A stretch of DNA of 49,266 nt from a bacterium (GTDB lineage: Bacteria; SZUA-182; DTGQ01). How positions within the stretch are numbered: position 1 is the first letter of the stretch; each line of letters begins with the position of its first letter. Positions 25,969 through 36,669 of the stretch are shown here, one piece after another. Location of the stretch: positions 53,783-103,048 of the forward strand of contig JBFMGO010000005.1 of NCBI GenBank assembly GCA_040752695.1, in the 5' to 3' direction. A program made the translations under genes and the position numbers. The notes under the pieces are model-generated. The model made no database searches and had not been told where the DNA came from. It saw nothing but the letters and a program-made list of their open reading frames with translations.

Positions 25969-26601
25969 ATGGCTGTTCAGATTAATATAAAGGCAAAGGT
26001 CCGGGACCGATTCGGCAAGGAAGCCAGCAAGAAGTCGCGCAGGGAGGGCCTTACACCGGCAATTTTGTATGGCAACCGTGAGAAAGCTTTGCCCTTATGG
26101 TTCGATACGAATGAATTTTTAAAGCAAGTTCATGGTGAAATCCATGAAAATGTTATTTTCAACCTGAAAATTGAGAGTGCCTCCAATCCCCAGGGAGAGG
26201 ATGTTCGGGCGATCATCAAGGAATTGCAGTTTGAGCCCAAAAGAGATACCCTGGTGCATATCGATTTCTACGAAATGGTGGCAGGCAAGCTAATTTCGAT
26301 AGAAGTGCCGATAGAGGCCATTGGTGAACCCAGAGGGGTCAAGATCGGAGGCGGAATACTGGAACATATCAAACGTGAAGTCCTGGTTGAATGCCTTCCA
26401 AAAGCTATCCCTGATTCGATTAAAGTGGATATCACCAACCTGGATGTAGCAGGGGCCATCCATGTCCGGGACTTAGAGGCACCGGAGGGCGTTACCCTGC
26501 TGGATGATCCTGAAGGTGTCGTATTCACGATTGTTCATGGTATGGCAGCAACTACAACCACTGCGGAACCCGCATCATCAGCCGCGACCGAAACAAAATA
26601 A
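25969..26601 (+). CDS. rplY: 50S ribosomal protein L25/Ctc
   Basis: RREGLTPAILYG, HIDF, GVKIGG; long Ctc form. Confidence 0.95.
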   Translation: MAVQINIKAKVRDRFGKEASKKSRREGLTPAILYGNREKALPLWFDTNEFLKQVHGEIHENVIFNLKIESASNPQGEDVRAIIKELQFEPKRDTLVHIDFYEMVAGKLISIEVPIEAIGEPRGVKIGGGILEHIKREVLVECLPKAIPDSIKVDITNLDVAGAIHVRDLEAPEGVTLLDDPEGVVFTIVHGMAATTTTAEPASSAATETK

Positions 26602-26619
26602 GGTTAAGCAGGGGTTACA

Positions 26620-27210
26620 TTGAATCTCATTATTGGGCTGGGGAACCCTGGCCCTCACTACCAACGAACCCGCCATAATATTGGTTTCCAATCTGTTGAT
26701 ACAATTTCATCTCGTTACAGAATAAAGCTTTCGCAAAGTGATGCTCTATCACAATGGGGGAGCGGTAAGATACAGGGAAAGGAGGTAATCTTAGCCAAAC
26801 CACAAACATACATGAATCTGAGTGGAAAATCGGTCCACGCTCTCATGTCTTTTTTCCGCCTAACTCCTGAAGATGTTCTTACTATTTACGATGATATGGA
26901 TCTCCCTCTTGGCCGAATGAGAATCCGCGAAGAAGGCAGCGCTGGTGGACATCGGGGCTTAAGCTCGATTATCCAGTATCTGGGGACTTCGTATTTTGCT
27001 CGCCTTCGAATCGGTATCGGCAGGCCAGAAGCCCTGCATGATGCTAAAGAATACGTTTTAGAAAAATTCTCAAAAGAAGAACAGGCAGTGCTCGCATACG
27101 TGCTTGAGGCGGTAGCAGAGTGTGTGGAAGTTTTTCTCACCGAAGGGATTTTGAGCGCAGGGAACAAATTTAATGGACTGAATATCGCATGTGAACAAAA
27201 CGGAAGATAA
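26620..27210 (+). CDS. pth: Peptidyl-tRNA hydrolase
   Basis: GLGNPG, TRHNIGF, KPQTYMNLSG, DD.DL, GSAGGH, RLRIGIGRP. Confidence 0.97.
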   Translation: MNLIIGLGNPGPHYQRTRHNIGFQSVDTISSRYRIKLSQSDALSQWGSGKIQGKEVILAKPQTYMNLSGKSVHALMSFFRLTPEDVLTIYDDMDLPLGRMRIREEGSAGGHRGLSSIIQYLGTSYFARLRIGIGRPEALHDAKEYVLEKFSKEEQAVLAYVLEAVAECVEVFLTEGILSAGNKFNGLNIACEQNGR

Positions 27211-27255
27211 TTGTCAGATTAAAAGACCATAACTTAAGATAAGGGGAGGATACTT

Positions 27256-29253
27256 ATGGTACAATGGGTCTTTTATACGCCTTATGTCGGGATTGTGGGT
27301 CTTGTTTTTGCCTGGGCTATTTATGCTTATGTCAAAAAACAGCCAGTCGGAACAAAGGTCATGGAAGAGATTTCCGATGCCATCCACGAAGGCGCTATGG
27401 TCTTTCTGAAAAAGGAATATTCGTACCTGATTTTATTCGTTGTGGCTGTCTTTCTCCTGCTGATGTGGAAAATCAATATTGAGACGGGTATTTGTTTTAT
27501 TTGCGGAGCACTAAGCTCAATGCTGGCCGGATACTTCGGTATGAGTGCCGCTACACGGGCTAACGTCCGCACTGCTCAGGCAGCAGATTCCAAAGGCCAG
27601 GGCATGGCTTTAAACATCGCCTTCTCTGGCGGTGCGGTCATGGGCCTGTCAGTGGCCAGCCTGGGAATTATCGGAGTAGGCGGCTTCTTCGCCATTTTCA
27701 GTAAAGATCCATCCTATATCAACGGATATGCCATGGGAGCCAGTTCCATCGCTCTGTTTGCCAGAATGGGCGGCGGTATATACACCAAAACAGCGGATGT
27801 GGGAGCTGACCTGGTCGGGAAACTGGAAGCGGGAATCCCTGAAGATGATCCCCGAAACCCGGCCACCATAGCCGATAACGTGGGAGATTGCGTAGGTGAT
27901 ACCGCAGGAATGGGAGCGGACCTCTTCGAATCCTATGTCGGAGCTATCGTGGCCACGATCGCCATCGGTGCAACCGCACCCGTCATCACCGGCCCCCGCA
28001 TGCCCTGGATGGCCTATCCGATCCTGGTCGTTACGGCCGGACTTTTAGCTTCAATCATTGGGGTACTATCGATCAAATTCTTACAGAACATGAACCCTGC
28101 CACCGCCCTGCGGAATGCTACCTATATAAGTGCCATTCTGATGATCGCCGGTGCCTATGCAGCAGCAGTAGGGCTTGAGCTGCCTTTAGGAGCCTTCTGG
28201 GCTGTTTTATCCGGTGCGGTGGCCGGAATTGCCATCGGGCTTTTGACAGAATATTATACTTCGGGTAAAACGGTGGCCAAGATTGCCGAGGCATGCAAGA
28301 CCGGAGCGGCAACCGACATTATCAGCGGCCTTGCGGTCGGCCTCGAAAGCACTGCCCTGCCGGTATTGGCTATCTGCGGAGCTATTTTTGCTGCCTATCA
28401 GGCCGCATCTCCTTATGGGATTTACGGTATCGGAATTGCCGGGGTCGGCATGCTGGCTACGGTCGGAATTACCATGTCCGTGGACGCCTATGGTCCGATT
28501 GCCGACAACGCCGGTGGTATCTCCGAGATGAGTGGTCTGGGTCCGAAAACGAGAAAGATAACCGACGGCCTCGATGCTTTGGGCAATACCACGGCAGCCA
28601 TCGGCAAGGGCTTTGCCATCGGTTCGGCAGCATTGACCGCTTTAGCCCTCTTCTCCGCTTATACTCAGGCCATTGGTGCCAGGACCGGTCAGCACTTCGT
28701 TATCGACCTGACCGATGCCAAGGTTATTATCGGTCTTTTCATCGGCGGGATTATTCCTTTCTTTGCCGCTGCCTTGACCATGACCGCAGTCGGTGACGCC
28801 GCTTTCGAGATGGTCGAGGAAGTACGGCGGCAATTCAGAGAAATTAAAGGGTTGTTGGAAGGAAAAGCCAAACCTGATACTGCCAAATGTATCGCCATCA
28901 GCACCAAGGCTGCACTGAAACGGATGATCGTTCCCGGCCTGACAGCGGTGATCGTGCCTGTAGTTGTCGGATTTACTCTAGGGCCCATGGCCCTTGGAGG
29001 ATTACTGGCCGGAACAACCTTGAGCGGTGTCTTAATGGCTATTATGATGGCCAATAGCGGCGGTGCATGGGATAATGCCAAAAAATACATCGAGGGAGGC
29101 GAACTCGGAGGCAAGGGCTCTGACGCACACAAGGCTGCTGTCGTGGGTGATACCGTTGGCGATCCGTTTAAGGATACCTCCGGCCCATCCATGAACATTC
29201 TCTTGAAACTGGTGTCAGTTGTCTCTCTGGTTATTGCTCCCCTGCTGGTCTAG
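27256..29253 (+). CDS. hppA: Membrane pyrophosphatase, K+-dependent, probably Na+-translocating
   Basis: [34 protein letters not shown] (K+-dependent type), [17 protein letters not shown]. Confidence 0.95.
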   Translation: MVQWVFYTPYVGIVGLVFAWAIYAYVKKQPVGTKVMEEISDAIHEGAMVFLKKEYSYLILFVVAVFLLLMWKINIETGICFICGALSSMLAGYFGMSAATRANVRTAQAADSKGQGMALNIAFSGGAVMGLSVASLGIIGVGGFFAIFSKDPSYINGYAMGASSIALFARMGGGIYTKTADVGADLVGKLEAGIPEDDPRNPATIADNVGDCVGDTAGMGADLFESYVGAIVATIAIGATAPVITGPRMPWMAYPILVVTAGLLASIIGVLSIKFLQNMNPATALRNATYISAILMIAGAYAAAVGLELPLGAFWAVLSGAVAGIAIGLLTEYYTSGKTVAKIAEACKTGAATDIISGLAVGLESTALPVLAICGAIFAAYQAASPYGIYGIGIAGVGMLATVGITMSVDAYGPIADNAGGISEMSGLGPKTRKITDGLDALGNTTAAIGKGFAIGSAALTALALFSAYTQAIGARTGQHFVIDLTDAKVIIGLFIGGIIPFFAAALTMTAVGDAAFEMVEEVRRQFREIKGLLEGKAKPDTAKCIAISTKAALKRMIVPGLTAVIVPVVVGFTLGPMALGGLLAGTTLSGVLMAIMMANSGGAWDNAKKYIEGGELGGKGSDAHKAAVVGDTVGDPFKDTSGPSMNILLKLVSVVSLVIAPLLV

Positions 29254-30504
29254 AATCTGAATTTTGACCTTGGAAATTCTCTGCCTGCGCATGGAATAGA
29301 CGGTCAGGAGGTACCCTTCGTAAGAGACATTTTCCCCGCGAACTGGAATATGGCCAAGCTGATTCATAATCAGGCCTGAAAGGGTTTGAAATTCCTCGTG
29401 GGGAATGTGAGTATTGAGCGATTTATTGATCTCCCTGATGGAAGTGTGACCATCAACAAGAATCCTTCCATCAGGGAGATATTCAATCCAATCCTTTTTC
29501 CGATCGTATTCATCCAGGATATCTCCTACAATCTCCTCCAAAACATCCTCCATGGTGACCAACCCCTCGATTCCTCCGTATTCATCGATAACCAGCGCTA
29601 AATGCATTTTTCCTTCCTTAAAATCAGCCAAAAGCGATAATACCTTCTTTGACTCCGGAATGAAGAAGGGTGGATGCATGACCCTGGACAGGGAAAAAAC
29701 GTGCGGGCTCTCGTGAAAATCGAGCAGGTCGCGGCTGTGGATAGTGCCGATGATGTTATCGATGGAATCCTTGTAAACAGGAATCCGGGACCGGCCAGAC
29801 TGGCTGATAATTCGCACGACCTCATCGTAACGCGTCTGCTCCTCGACACAGACCATCTCAGTTCTGGGAATCATGATTTCCCTGACCGAGGTATTGGCCA
29901 GATCAAAAATGCTCATGAGCATTTTACTCTCTTCTTTTTCAACAACCCCCTCCTCCTCTCCTATGGAAATAGCAGCGAGAATTTCCTCCTCTGAAATCAG
30001 GGGCACCTTCATGGTTTCGCTGGGATAAATAAACCGTAAAAGCAGATCAGCCAGAAAATTGGTGGCACTGACGATGGGCTGCAAAAACCCCATGCACCAC
30101 CGTATAGGGCCGATCACCACAAAAGAGATCTTCTCCGGGAACCTGCTAGCATAAATTTTAGGAGTAATTTCACAGAAAATCAACAAAACCAGTGTAATGG
30201 AGATCGTAGCATACAAAATGCCACTGTTTCCCCACAGCGCCATAGCTAGGGCTGTAGCCACGGAAGATGCAGCCACATTTACAAAATTATTGCCCACCAG
30301 AATAGTACTGAGCGTTTTTTTCCTGTGCTGCAAAAGCTGATTGATCAGTTGGGCCTTTTTGGAGGTGCCCCGTTTGGCAAGAAATAAAATCCGCAGCCTG
30401 TTGAGGGACATCAAGGCAGCTTCAGAGCCGGAGAAAAAAGCGGAAAGAGCTAAGAGAATGAGCAAGAGAGCCGATAAAATAGGCCAGGAATACAATTGAC
30501 TCAA
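29215..30504 (-). CDS. CNNM/HlyC/CorC family protein (DUF21 + CBS pair + CorC)
   Basis: [44 protein letters not shown]; probable TTG start at 30504 after AAGGGAG (ORF track start 30534). Confidence 0.92.
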   Translation of the reverse strand: MSQLYSWPILSALLLILLALSAFFSGSEAALMSLNRLRILFLAKRGTSKKAQLINQLLQHRKKTLSTILVGNNFVNVAASSVATALAMALWGNSGILYATISITLVLLIFCEITPKIYASRFPEKISFVVIGPIRWCMGFLQPIVSATNFLADLLLRFIYPSETMKVPLISEEEILAAISIGEEEGVVEKEESKMLMSIFDLANTSVREIMIPRTEMVCVEEQTRYDEVVRIISQSGRSRIPVYKDSIDNIIGTIHSRDLLDFHESPHVFSLSRVMHPPFFIPESKKVLSLLADFKEGKMHLALVIDEYGGIEGLVTMEDVLEEIVGDILDEYDRKKDWIEYLPDGRILVDGHTSIREINKSLNTHIPHEEFQTLSGLIMNQLGHIPVRGENVSYEGYLLTVYSMRRQRISKVKIQILDQQGSNNQRDN

Positions 30505-30752
30505 AATGAATCTCCCTTTCAATATTAATCTCATCGGTGGAGATTATATAAACACCTTACATTTCTTCCCTTAACTATTAAAGCATATTTCACCAAACAA
30601 AGCAACGAGTTGAAGTTTTGCAGGACAGGGGGGCAGAGTAAGGGGAAAAAGTGCCCTGCTCTAGCAAAGTCCTCTCTCACTGTTTGTATCTCTCCTTAGT
30701 TTTAACGTCTTACGATACATATGGATGATTGTACTATGAGACACAAAAATCT

Positions 30753-31352
30753 CTAGTCCTTTGTCTCGGCGGCCTTCGCTCTATCACACACATTTTTTTC
30801 CGGCTCCCATTTTTCAAAAAATTCATCAAGAACCCTGGTTGGACCGATCGAGACGTGGCCAAAAAATATGGATAACTGCTTTTTTGCCTCCAGCTTAGGT
30901 TGTCCATCGATAACCATCTTCCAGATAGCCGCAGCCAGGCCAGAGCGGTCTGCACCGTGCTTGCAGTGAATTAAGACTGGGCGGGGAGTGGTCTTGAAAA
31001 TGCTTATTAATGCTTCAATCATGTCTAAAGAGGGCATTTCAGTGGCAGACATTTTCAGGTCATGATGTTCTATCTTGAAGTTGCGGCAAACTTCCATCTC
31101 CTGGTCATACCATTCCTTTCCACTATGCTCTCCCCGAAGGTTTATCACCGATCGTATTCCGTATTTCGATACGTAATATTCCATGACGTCCTTCTCAAGC
31201 TGGGCTGATCGATAAGCTACTCCAGGAGTCACAGGATGGAAATTCCCCTGCTCCTTCATGTACACTTCATAGCTTGCCAAGAGGAAAAGAACAATGCAAA
31301 GACCAACTGCTATCCGCCGGGTTTTTCGAAACCTTTTTTTTGACTCACCCAT
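30753..31352 (-). CDS. Tyrosine/dual-specificity phosphatase family protein with N-terminal membrane anchor
   Basis: NFH.V..G..YRSAQ, INLRG, HCKHGADRSG (CX5R). Confidence 0.88.
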   Translation of the reverse strand: MGESKKRFRKTRRIAVGLCIVLFLLASYEVYMKEQGNFHPVTPGVAYRSAQLEKDVMEYYVSKYGIRSVINLRGEHSGKEWYDQEMEVCRNFKIEHHDLKMSATEMPSLDMIEALISIFKTTPRPVLIHCKHGADRSGLAAAIWKMVIDGQPKLEAKKQLSIFFGHVSIGPTRVLDEFFEKWEPEKNVCDRAKAAETKD

Positions 31353-31698
31353 TCCTGTTCAGACCTTTCTCCTAAAATTATTACAAGATAACGCCTTGTT
31401 CATAGTAGAATAATAATAAGATAACGCTTGGTTCAAGATAATGCCTGGTTCATGATAAACCCTGCTATGGGAAACCCTTCTCTTGATAATACTCTATTCA
31501 GGAATGACGATCAATACCCTCCCAGCCTCTTTCACGATAAAAAGAGCAGGTGATTATGATGAGAAAATGAAAAACCGCACGTTTTGAAGCCATTTTTTTT
31601 CTCATATGCTTACTTTTAGCCTGACTTCAGCTTTCTAAAAGCCATTTTTAAGGCTCGCTTATTTACATTGTCCCATTGAATGTTGTATAGTGAAACCC

Positions 31699-32271
31699 AT
31701 GTCGGAATATCATGATTCCAGTCGAATAGTAAGACTATCCATCCGGGTCACATTAACTTCGCAGGGGTTGAGCCAGATTGTACTTGAACCGTGGCCGGAG
31801 CAGGAATCCCCGGCCCCGGCAGCATCGTACAGGATATCGGTCTATCTCCATGGACACCGTAGACACGGAGGAGAACTCACCACCCGTCTTGAAATGTTTC
31901 GTAAGGACCTGGAGGCATATTTTTCCGGGCAACCGGTAGATTTTTTAAAGTACCCTGTCGATTGGCATGGAATGACCCCTTTTGTCAGGAAAGTTCTCGA
32001 TAGAGCCCGGTCCATACCCTGGGGAGAGGTCCAGACCTATGGATGGCTCAGTGCGCAGATCAGGCTGCCTAGGAGCGCACGGGCCGTAGGCGGCGCCCTT
32101 CGAAGGAATCCTGTGCCTGTCGTCATCCCCTGCCATCGAATCTTACGCAAAGGCGGGCAGATGGGAGGGTTCTCGGCCGGAATTCAGTGGAAGAAGTTTC
32201 TCTTGGACCTGGAATCACCGCCGAAAACTCTTACCGTTGAATCGATTGAATTTATTGAATCCATAGGATGA
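31699..32271 (+). CDS. ogt: Methylated-DNA-protein-cysteine methyltransferase
   Basis: IPWGEV.TY, ARAVG.A...NP, IPCHRI. Confidence 0.88.
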   Translation: MSEYHDSSRIVRLSIRVTLTSQGLSQIVLEPWPEQESPAPAASYRISVYLHGHRRHGGELTTRLEMFRKDLEAYFSGQPVDFLKYPVDWHGMTPFVRKVLDRARSIPWGEVQTYGWLSAQIRLPRSARAVGGALRRNPVPVVIPCHRILRKGGQMGGFSAGIQWKKFLLDLESPPKTLTVESIEFIESIG

Positions 32272-32277
32272 AAAAGG

Positions 32278-32715
32278 ATGAAAGCTGTAGTTCAAAGGGT
32301 CTCCAAGGCATCGGTAACGGTCGAGGAGAACCTGGTAGGGAGCATTGGCCGGGGGCTGGTTGTCCTGATTGGATTTTCCAGGCAGGATTCATCTTTGGAC
32401 ATCGCTCCCATGGTCGATAAGATTCTCAATCTGCGGATATTTGAGGATGACCAGGGAAAGATGAACCATTCTTTGCTTGACGTCAGGGGCGAAATTTTGC
32501 TAGTCTCACAATTTACCCTGTTGGGTGACACTCGAAAGGGGCGCAGGCCGAACTTTATGGATGCTGCTCCGCCAGAGGTAGCCCAGAAACTCTACCAGGA
32601 GTTTATTCAGGAAGTTGAAAGGCAGGGGATACAGGTTCAAACCGGCCGTTTCCAGGCCCATATGGAAGTCAGGATTTACAACGATGGTCCTGTTACCCTG
32701 ATCGTAGAACGATAG
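32278..32715 (+). CDS. dtd: D-aminoacyl-tRNA deacylase
   Basis: MKAVVQRV, SQFTL, KGRRP.F, NDGPVT. Confidence 0.97.
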   Translation: MKAVVQRVSKASVTVEENLVGSIGRGLVVLIGFSRQDSSLDIAPMVDKILNLRIFEDDQGKMNHSLLDVRGEILLVSQFTLLGDTRKGRRPNFMDAAPPEVAQKLYQEFIQEVERQGIQVQTGRFQAHMEVRIYNDGPVTLIVER

Positions 32716-32750
32716 CGAGACGAGAACGTGGAAAGGTAAGGAGGTCAATT

Positions 32751-33392
32751 ATGCAGGATATGTTTCTCGAAAGATACGTGGTCGGTCCTCTCGCCGTAAA
32801 TTGCTACCTCATCGGCTGCCCGCAGCACCGGAAAATGGCCGTGATCGATCCTGGAGGAGAGGTGGAGGAACTGTGGAAGCGAATTCAAACTGCTGGCTAC
32901 ACGCTCGAATATATCATCAATACCCATGGCCATACGGACCATACGGCGGGAAACCTGGATCTGAAGCAAAAATCACAGGCCAAAATCCTGGCCCATGGCG
33001 ATGATATCCCTTTTTTAACAGTCATACAGGAATGGCTCCTCTCGATACTTCCCGAAGCGAAACCTTCTCCAGCCCCGGATCAGCTCTTATCCGACGGTCA
33101 GATTATCCACCTTGGAAATATCAGCTTACAGGTGCTGCATACGCCCGGTCATTCGCCGGGTGGAATCTGCCTGCTTACCGACGGGATTCTCTTTACCGGA
33201 GATACCCTGTTTGCCGACGGAATCGGGAGAACCGATTTTCCAGGCGGCAGCTACCGTCAACTGATCAACTCCATAAAGAACAAGCTCTATCGCCTTGACA
33301 GCCAGTTAACCATCCTGCCAGGCCATGGAGACGAATCAACGCTGGGGAGGGAAAAACGCAATAACCCCTTCGTACGTGCATCAGACCTCTAA
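32751..33392 (+). CDS. Metallo-beta-lactamase fold hydrolase (glyoxalase II/YcbL-like)
   Basis: THGHTDH, HTPGHSPG, GDTLF..IGRTDFPGG, PGHG, NPF. Confidence 0.92.
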   Translation: MQDMFLERYVVGPLAVNCYLIGCPQHRKMAVIDPGGEVEELWKRIQTAGYTLEYIINTHGHTDHTAGNLDLKQKSQAKILAHGDDIPFLTVIQEWLLSILPEAKPSPAPDQLLSDGQIIHLGNISLQVLHTPGHSPGGICLLTDGILFTGDTLFADGIGRTDFPGGSYRQLINSIKNKLYRLDSQLTILPGHGDESTLGREKRNNPFVRASDL

Positions 33393-33430
33393 CACATTGA
33401 AATGAATGAGATTATGGATATCAATGAGAC

Positions 33431-34315
33431 ATGGATAATGAAGTAAAACTGTTTCTTAACCATTTGACCATCGAGAAAGGTCTTTCGGACAATACCGTTT
33501 CCGCTTACCGCAGGGATTTGCAGTCCTTCCGGCAGTTTTTGACCGCAAAAGGGATCATCGGCCTCGCCCAGGTTAAAAAAGCGGATGTCATGGACTATCT
33601 GATCGAGTTGAAAAACCGGGGGATTTCTGCCCGGAGCCATGCCCGGCACCTGGTTAGTATCAGGCAGTTATACCGCTTTCTGATTCTGGAAGGGATTCTC
33701 TCGGAGGATCCCTCTTTGAATATCTCATTCCCCAAAACCTGGCAGAAATTGCCTCATGTTCTGAGTTATTCCCAGGTGGAAGCACTGCTGGCTCAGCCGG
33801 ATGAGACTTTCCTGGGAATCCGTGATAAAGCCATGCTGGAACTTTTGTACGCTACGGGCCTTCGGGTTTCGGAACTGATCAGCCTGACGGTTAATGCCGT
33901 TAACCTTGAATCAGGCTTTTTGATCTGCCGGGGCAAAGGGTCCAAGGAGCGGCTGGTGCCGATCGGGACTTCGGCCAGAGAATGTGTAAAGAAATATTGT
34001 GACACTTCGCGATTACTGCTTCTAAAGGACAACCGGACGGAACTTCTTTTCGTCAACCGGTTCGGGAAAAAACTGTCACGCCAGGGTTTTTGGAAGATAT
34101 TAAAAGAATATGCACAAAAGGCCGGTATTCAGCAGACAATCACTCCGCACACCCTGCGCCACTCCTTTGCCACGCACTTGCTGGAAAATGGGGCGGATTT
34201 GCGCTCAGTTCAGGCGATGCTCGGACATGCCAATATCTCCACCACCCAGATCTACACCCATGTCACCATGGACAAGATAAAGGAGCTGTATTTCAAGCAC
34301 CACCCCAGGGCCTGA
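33431..34315 (+). CDS. xerD: Site-specific tyrosine recombinase XerD
   Basis: EKGLS.NT..AY..DL, LYATGLRVSEL, GKGSKER, SRQGFW, PHTLRHSFATH, LGHA.ISTTQIY, HHPRA. Confidence 0.95.
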   Translation: MDNEVKLFLNHLTIEKGLSDNTVSAYRRDLQSFRQFLTAKGIIGLAQVKKADVMDYLIELKNRGISARSHARHLVSIRQLYRFLILEGILSEDPSLNISFPKTWQKLPHVLSYSQVEALLAQPDETFLGIRDKAMLELLYATGLRVSELISLTVNAVNLESGFLICRGKGSKERLVPIGTSARECVKKYCDTSRLLLLKDNRTELLFVNRFGKKLSRQGFWKILKEYAQKAGIQQTITPHTLRHSFATHLLENGADLRSVQAMLGHANISTTQIYTHVTMDKIKELYFKHHPRA

Positions 34316-34356
34316 AAGAGCAGGGAAGGTGTCTTAAATCCAATCTTCCAGTTGTA

Positions 34357-34390
34357 ATTCGGGAATCCTCTCAAATTCCCGAATATTGTT
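34357..34390 (+). terminator. Putative intrinsic terminator after xerD
   Basis: 10-bp stem ATTCGGGAAT/ATTCCCGAAT followed by a T-rich tail. Confidence 0.45.
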
Positions 34391-34578
34391 TGTGACCAGG
34401 ATAAGGGAAGTGGCTTTCTTTTGATGTTTTTCAACCTGGAAGTTCTCAGCAGCCTCCTCCTGCGTGTAAGAAATGGAGAACCGAGATGATAAAAATTCGC
34501 AAAACTTATCCGCTTATCCGGACCGGTTATCCGATAGAAGCCCTGACTAAACCGCCTAACGTAAGGTTTACTCAGACA

Positions 34579-36198
34579 TCAGGGATGAGAAGGACATAAG
34601 GTGACACAAAAGGTAATATCGTCCAACTGAAGCGGAACCAGGTCATCCCGCTGAAAAGTTTGCCCGTTCCACTGATAGCGCCGCAAAACGTGCTGATCAT
34701 CCGAGGCCACATAGATTTCACACAGGCCGTCATGGTCAAGATCAGCGATAAGCGTAGCATGTTCAAATCCGCTGGAATCTGCATCGATCAGCGTCTTCTC
34801 CCATTCTCCAGCCGTTGCTGATGCTTCCTGCTGCTCCTTTGGCTGATCCTCCGGATGTTTCTCCTCCTGATGTTTCTCCCTTGGCTGCTTTTTCTCCCCT
34901 GCCCGCTTCTGGCGCAGAATAAAAATGCCTGACTGCATGGTAGAGGCCACAATGTCTATGGAACCATCGCCGTCCACATCCCCTGCCGTGAGATTGCGGC
35001 AAAGCATATCCGGCAGGTCAGCAATGACTTTTCCCGAAAACGTGCCCCCGGAAGATAGACCTTCCGAAGTCTGACCTCCCGAAACGTTATCCCTTAAAGC
35101 CTTGTCTCCCGAAGCCTTATCACCCGAAACCTTGTCACCGATAAACCGGTACTGCTTGATCTTGACCGTATCGAGGAGAGTGGGCTGACCCAGCACCATG
35201 GCCATTTCCCCCTCAATAGCGGCAAACAGGTCGGGACATCCAGAGCCGCTCACATCAGCGGCCAGAATTTCCTTGACATGGCGGTCGGGAAATTCCTCAA
35301 CCGTACTGCGTATAAAGTGCTCTTCATCGAAGCGGTACATAACGATTCTTCCCGGTTGCGGGGTCCCGTCCAGGCGGTTAGGTGCGCTTGGAGTGGCGAA
35401 AAACTCCTGCCTCCCGTCACGGTTTACATCTGCGATCTCGATTTCGTGAACAAAGGTTTCCGGCGTCCGATCAAGTTCTGTCACCTCCCAGACACCCGCC
35501 TTCCACTGGAGCACGGCCACGATACCCTGATCATGCGTGGCAATTACCAGGTCAAGTACACCGTCTCCAGTCACGTCGCCGACCTCGATGTCCCGCAAAC
35601 GGTTCTGCTCCCCTCCGAAGGAGGGGCTCCACAGTGCGGTTCCTTTCCATTTCCCTGCCTTCGCCATGGCTCCTGTCGTCCCCATAGCTCCTGTTGTCGT
35701 CTTCCCATCTCCTGCCTCCATAGATCCAGCCTCCATATCCCCTGCGTGCGTATCCTCTGTATCCGTATTCCCTGCATCCGAGTGCCACAGCTTCAGGCGG
35801 GCTGCATTTCCGGCAATGGTTAAAATTCCGGTATCCCCGGCACCTTCCGGAGGGGTGAACCACAGGGCCTTATGGAAGACGTTACTTTCCGGATCTTCCA
35901 GCAGGCTGCTTTTCCATCCGTCTTTGGTCTTTCTCACCAGAGTCAGTTTAGCTGACCCCGGGACTGAGTTGTTTTCCTCTCCCTCTCCTTTTTCAAACTG
36001 AGCCTGGGCCAGGAGGAGAACTGAAGAAACACCAGAGCCGGAACGATCGCCGGAAGGAGCCGATACCCGGCCATGTGGGGAGCCCATCCCTGATGAGGGA
36101 GAAACATGTTTCAGGCAGCCGCTTGTCATGGTCGTAATGATTGGCCAGAGTATCAGAAGGACAATACAATACCGCAGGTTCTTAGACAGGTCTTTCAT
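34579..36198 (-). CDS. Lipoprotein with FG-GAP/VCBS-like Ca-binding repeats and low-complexity insertions
   Basis: Lipobox TSGC; GDVTGDGVLDLV, ADVNRDGRQE, GDVDGDGSIDIV, ADLDHDGLCEI. Confidence 0.8.
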   Translation of the reverse strand: MKDLSKNLRYCIVLLILWPIITTMTSGCLKHVSPSSGMGSPHGRVSAPSGDRSGSGVSSVLLLAQAQFEKGEGEENNSVPGSAKLTLVRKTKDGWKSSLLEDPESNVFHKALWFTPPEGAGDTGILTIAGNAARLKLWHSDAGNTDTEDTHAGDMEAGSMEAGDGKTTTGAMGTTGAMAKAGKWKGTALWSPSFGGEQNRLRDIEVGDVTGDGVLDLVIATHDQGIVAVLQWKAGVWEVTELDRTPETFVHEIEIADVNRDGRQEFFATPSAPNRLDGTPQPGRIVMYRFDEEHFIRSTVEEFPDRHVKEILAADVSGSGCPDLFAAIEGEMAMVLGQPTLLDTVKIKQYRFIGDKVSGDKASGDKALRDNVSGGQTSEGLSSGGTFSGKVIADLPDMLCRNLTAGDVDGDGSIDIVASTMQSGIFILRQKRAGEKKQPREKHQEEKHPEDQPKEQQEASATAGEWEKTLIDADSSGFEHATLIADLDHDGLCEIYVASDDQHVLRRYQWNGQTFQRDDLVPLQLDDITFCVTLCPSHP

Positions 36199-36210
36199 GT
36201 TCGATGGCTC

Positions 36211-36660
36211 CTACTTTTCTTTTTTAAGGTAATCCTGGACATGGATGACTTCAAAGGGGGCTTCATGAAGAGATGCCGAAATGCGCTTCTGGGCAATGAT
36301 GGTGGACACTTCTTTTTCTTTGGCCAGGCGCAGGATGTTATCGATGTACGGCCCCTTGACTACCATAAATTCAGTCTCAACTCCTTTTTCCTGGGCTTTT
36401 TGTCGAATGCTGTGCATAGCCCTCAGGATCATTTCCCCCCGCTTTTCCTTGATCTCCTCCCTGAGCTGATCCAGGACCTTCCGGCCAAGGAAGCTTACAT
36501 TATCCATTATCCGGCTGACCCGGCCCGACATATTGGCCTCCCGCACATCCAGAACGATCAGCCTGGCATGCCTTTTGATTGCCGTTTCAATGGCATAATT
36601 GGCAATCTTATCGGAAATTTGCGTTGCTGAAAAAACCACCATGATTGTTTCCATAGCCAT
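36211..36660 (-). CDS. Universal stress protein (UspA-like)
   Basis: IMVVFS...A...A.....ARLIVLDV...GVE.E..V..G...I...A....V..II pattern; 149 aa. Confidence 0.75.
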   Translation of the reverse strand: MAMETIMVVFSATQISDKIANYAIETAIKRHARLIVLDVREANMSGRVSRIMDNVSFLGRKVLDQLREEIKEKRGEMILRAMHSIRQKAQEKGVETEFMVVKGPYIDNILRLAKEKEVSTIIAQKRISASLHEAPFEVIHVQDYLKKEK

Positions 36661-36669
36661 TCCTCTTTC

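Noticed and set aside
33431..34315. Tyrosine recombinase as a phage or island integrase
   Set aside because: Has XerD-specific termini, sits in a housekeeping operon, and no att repeats or phage genes were seen.
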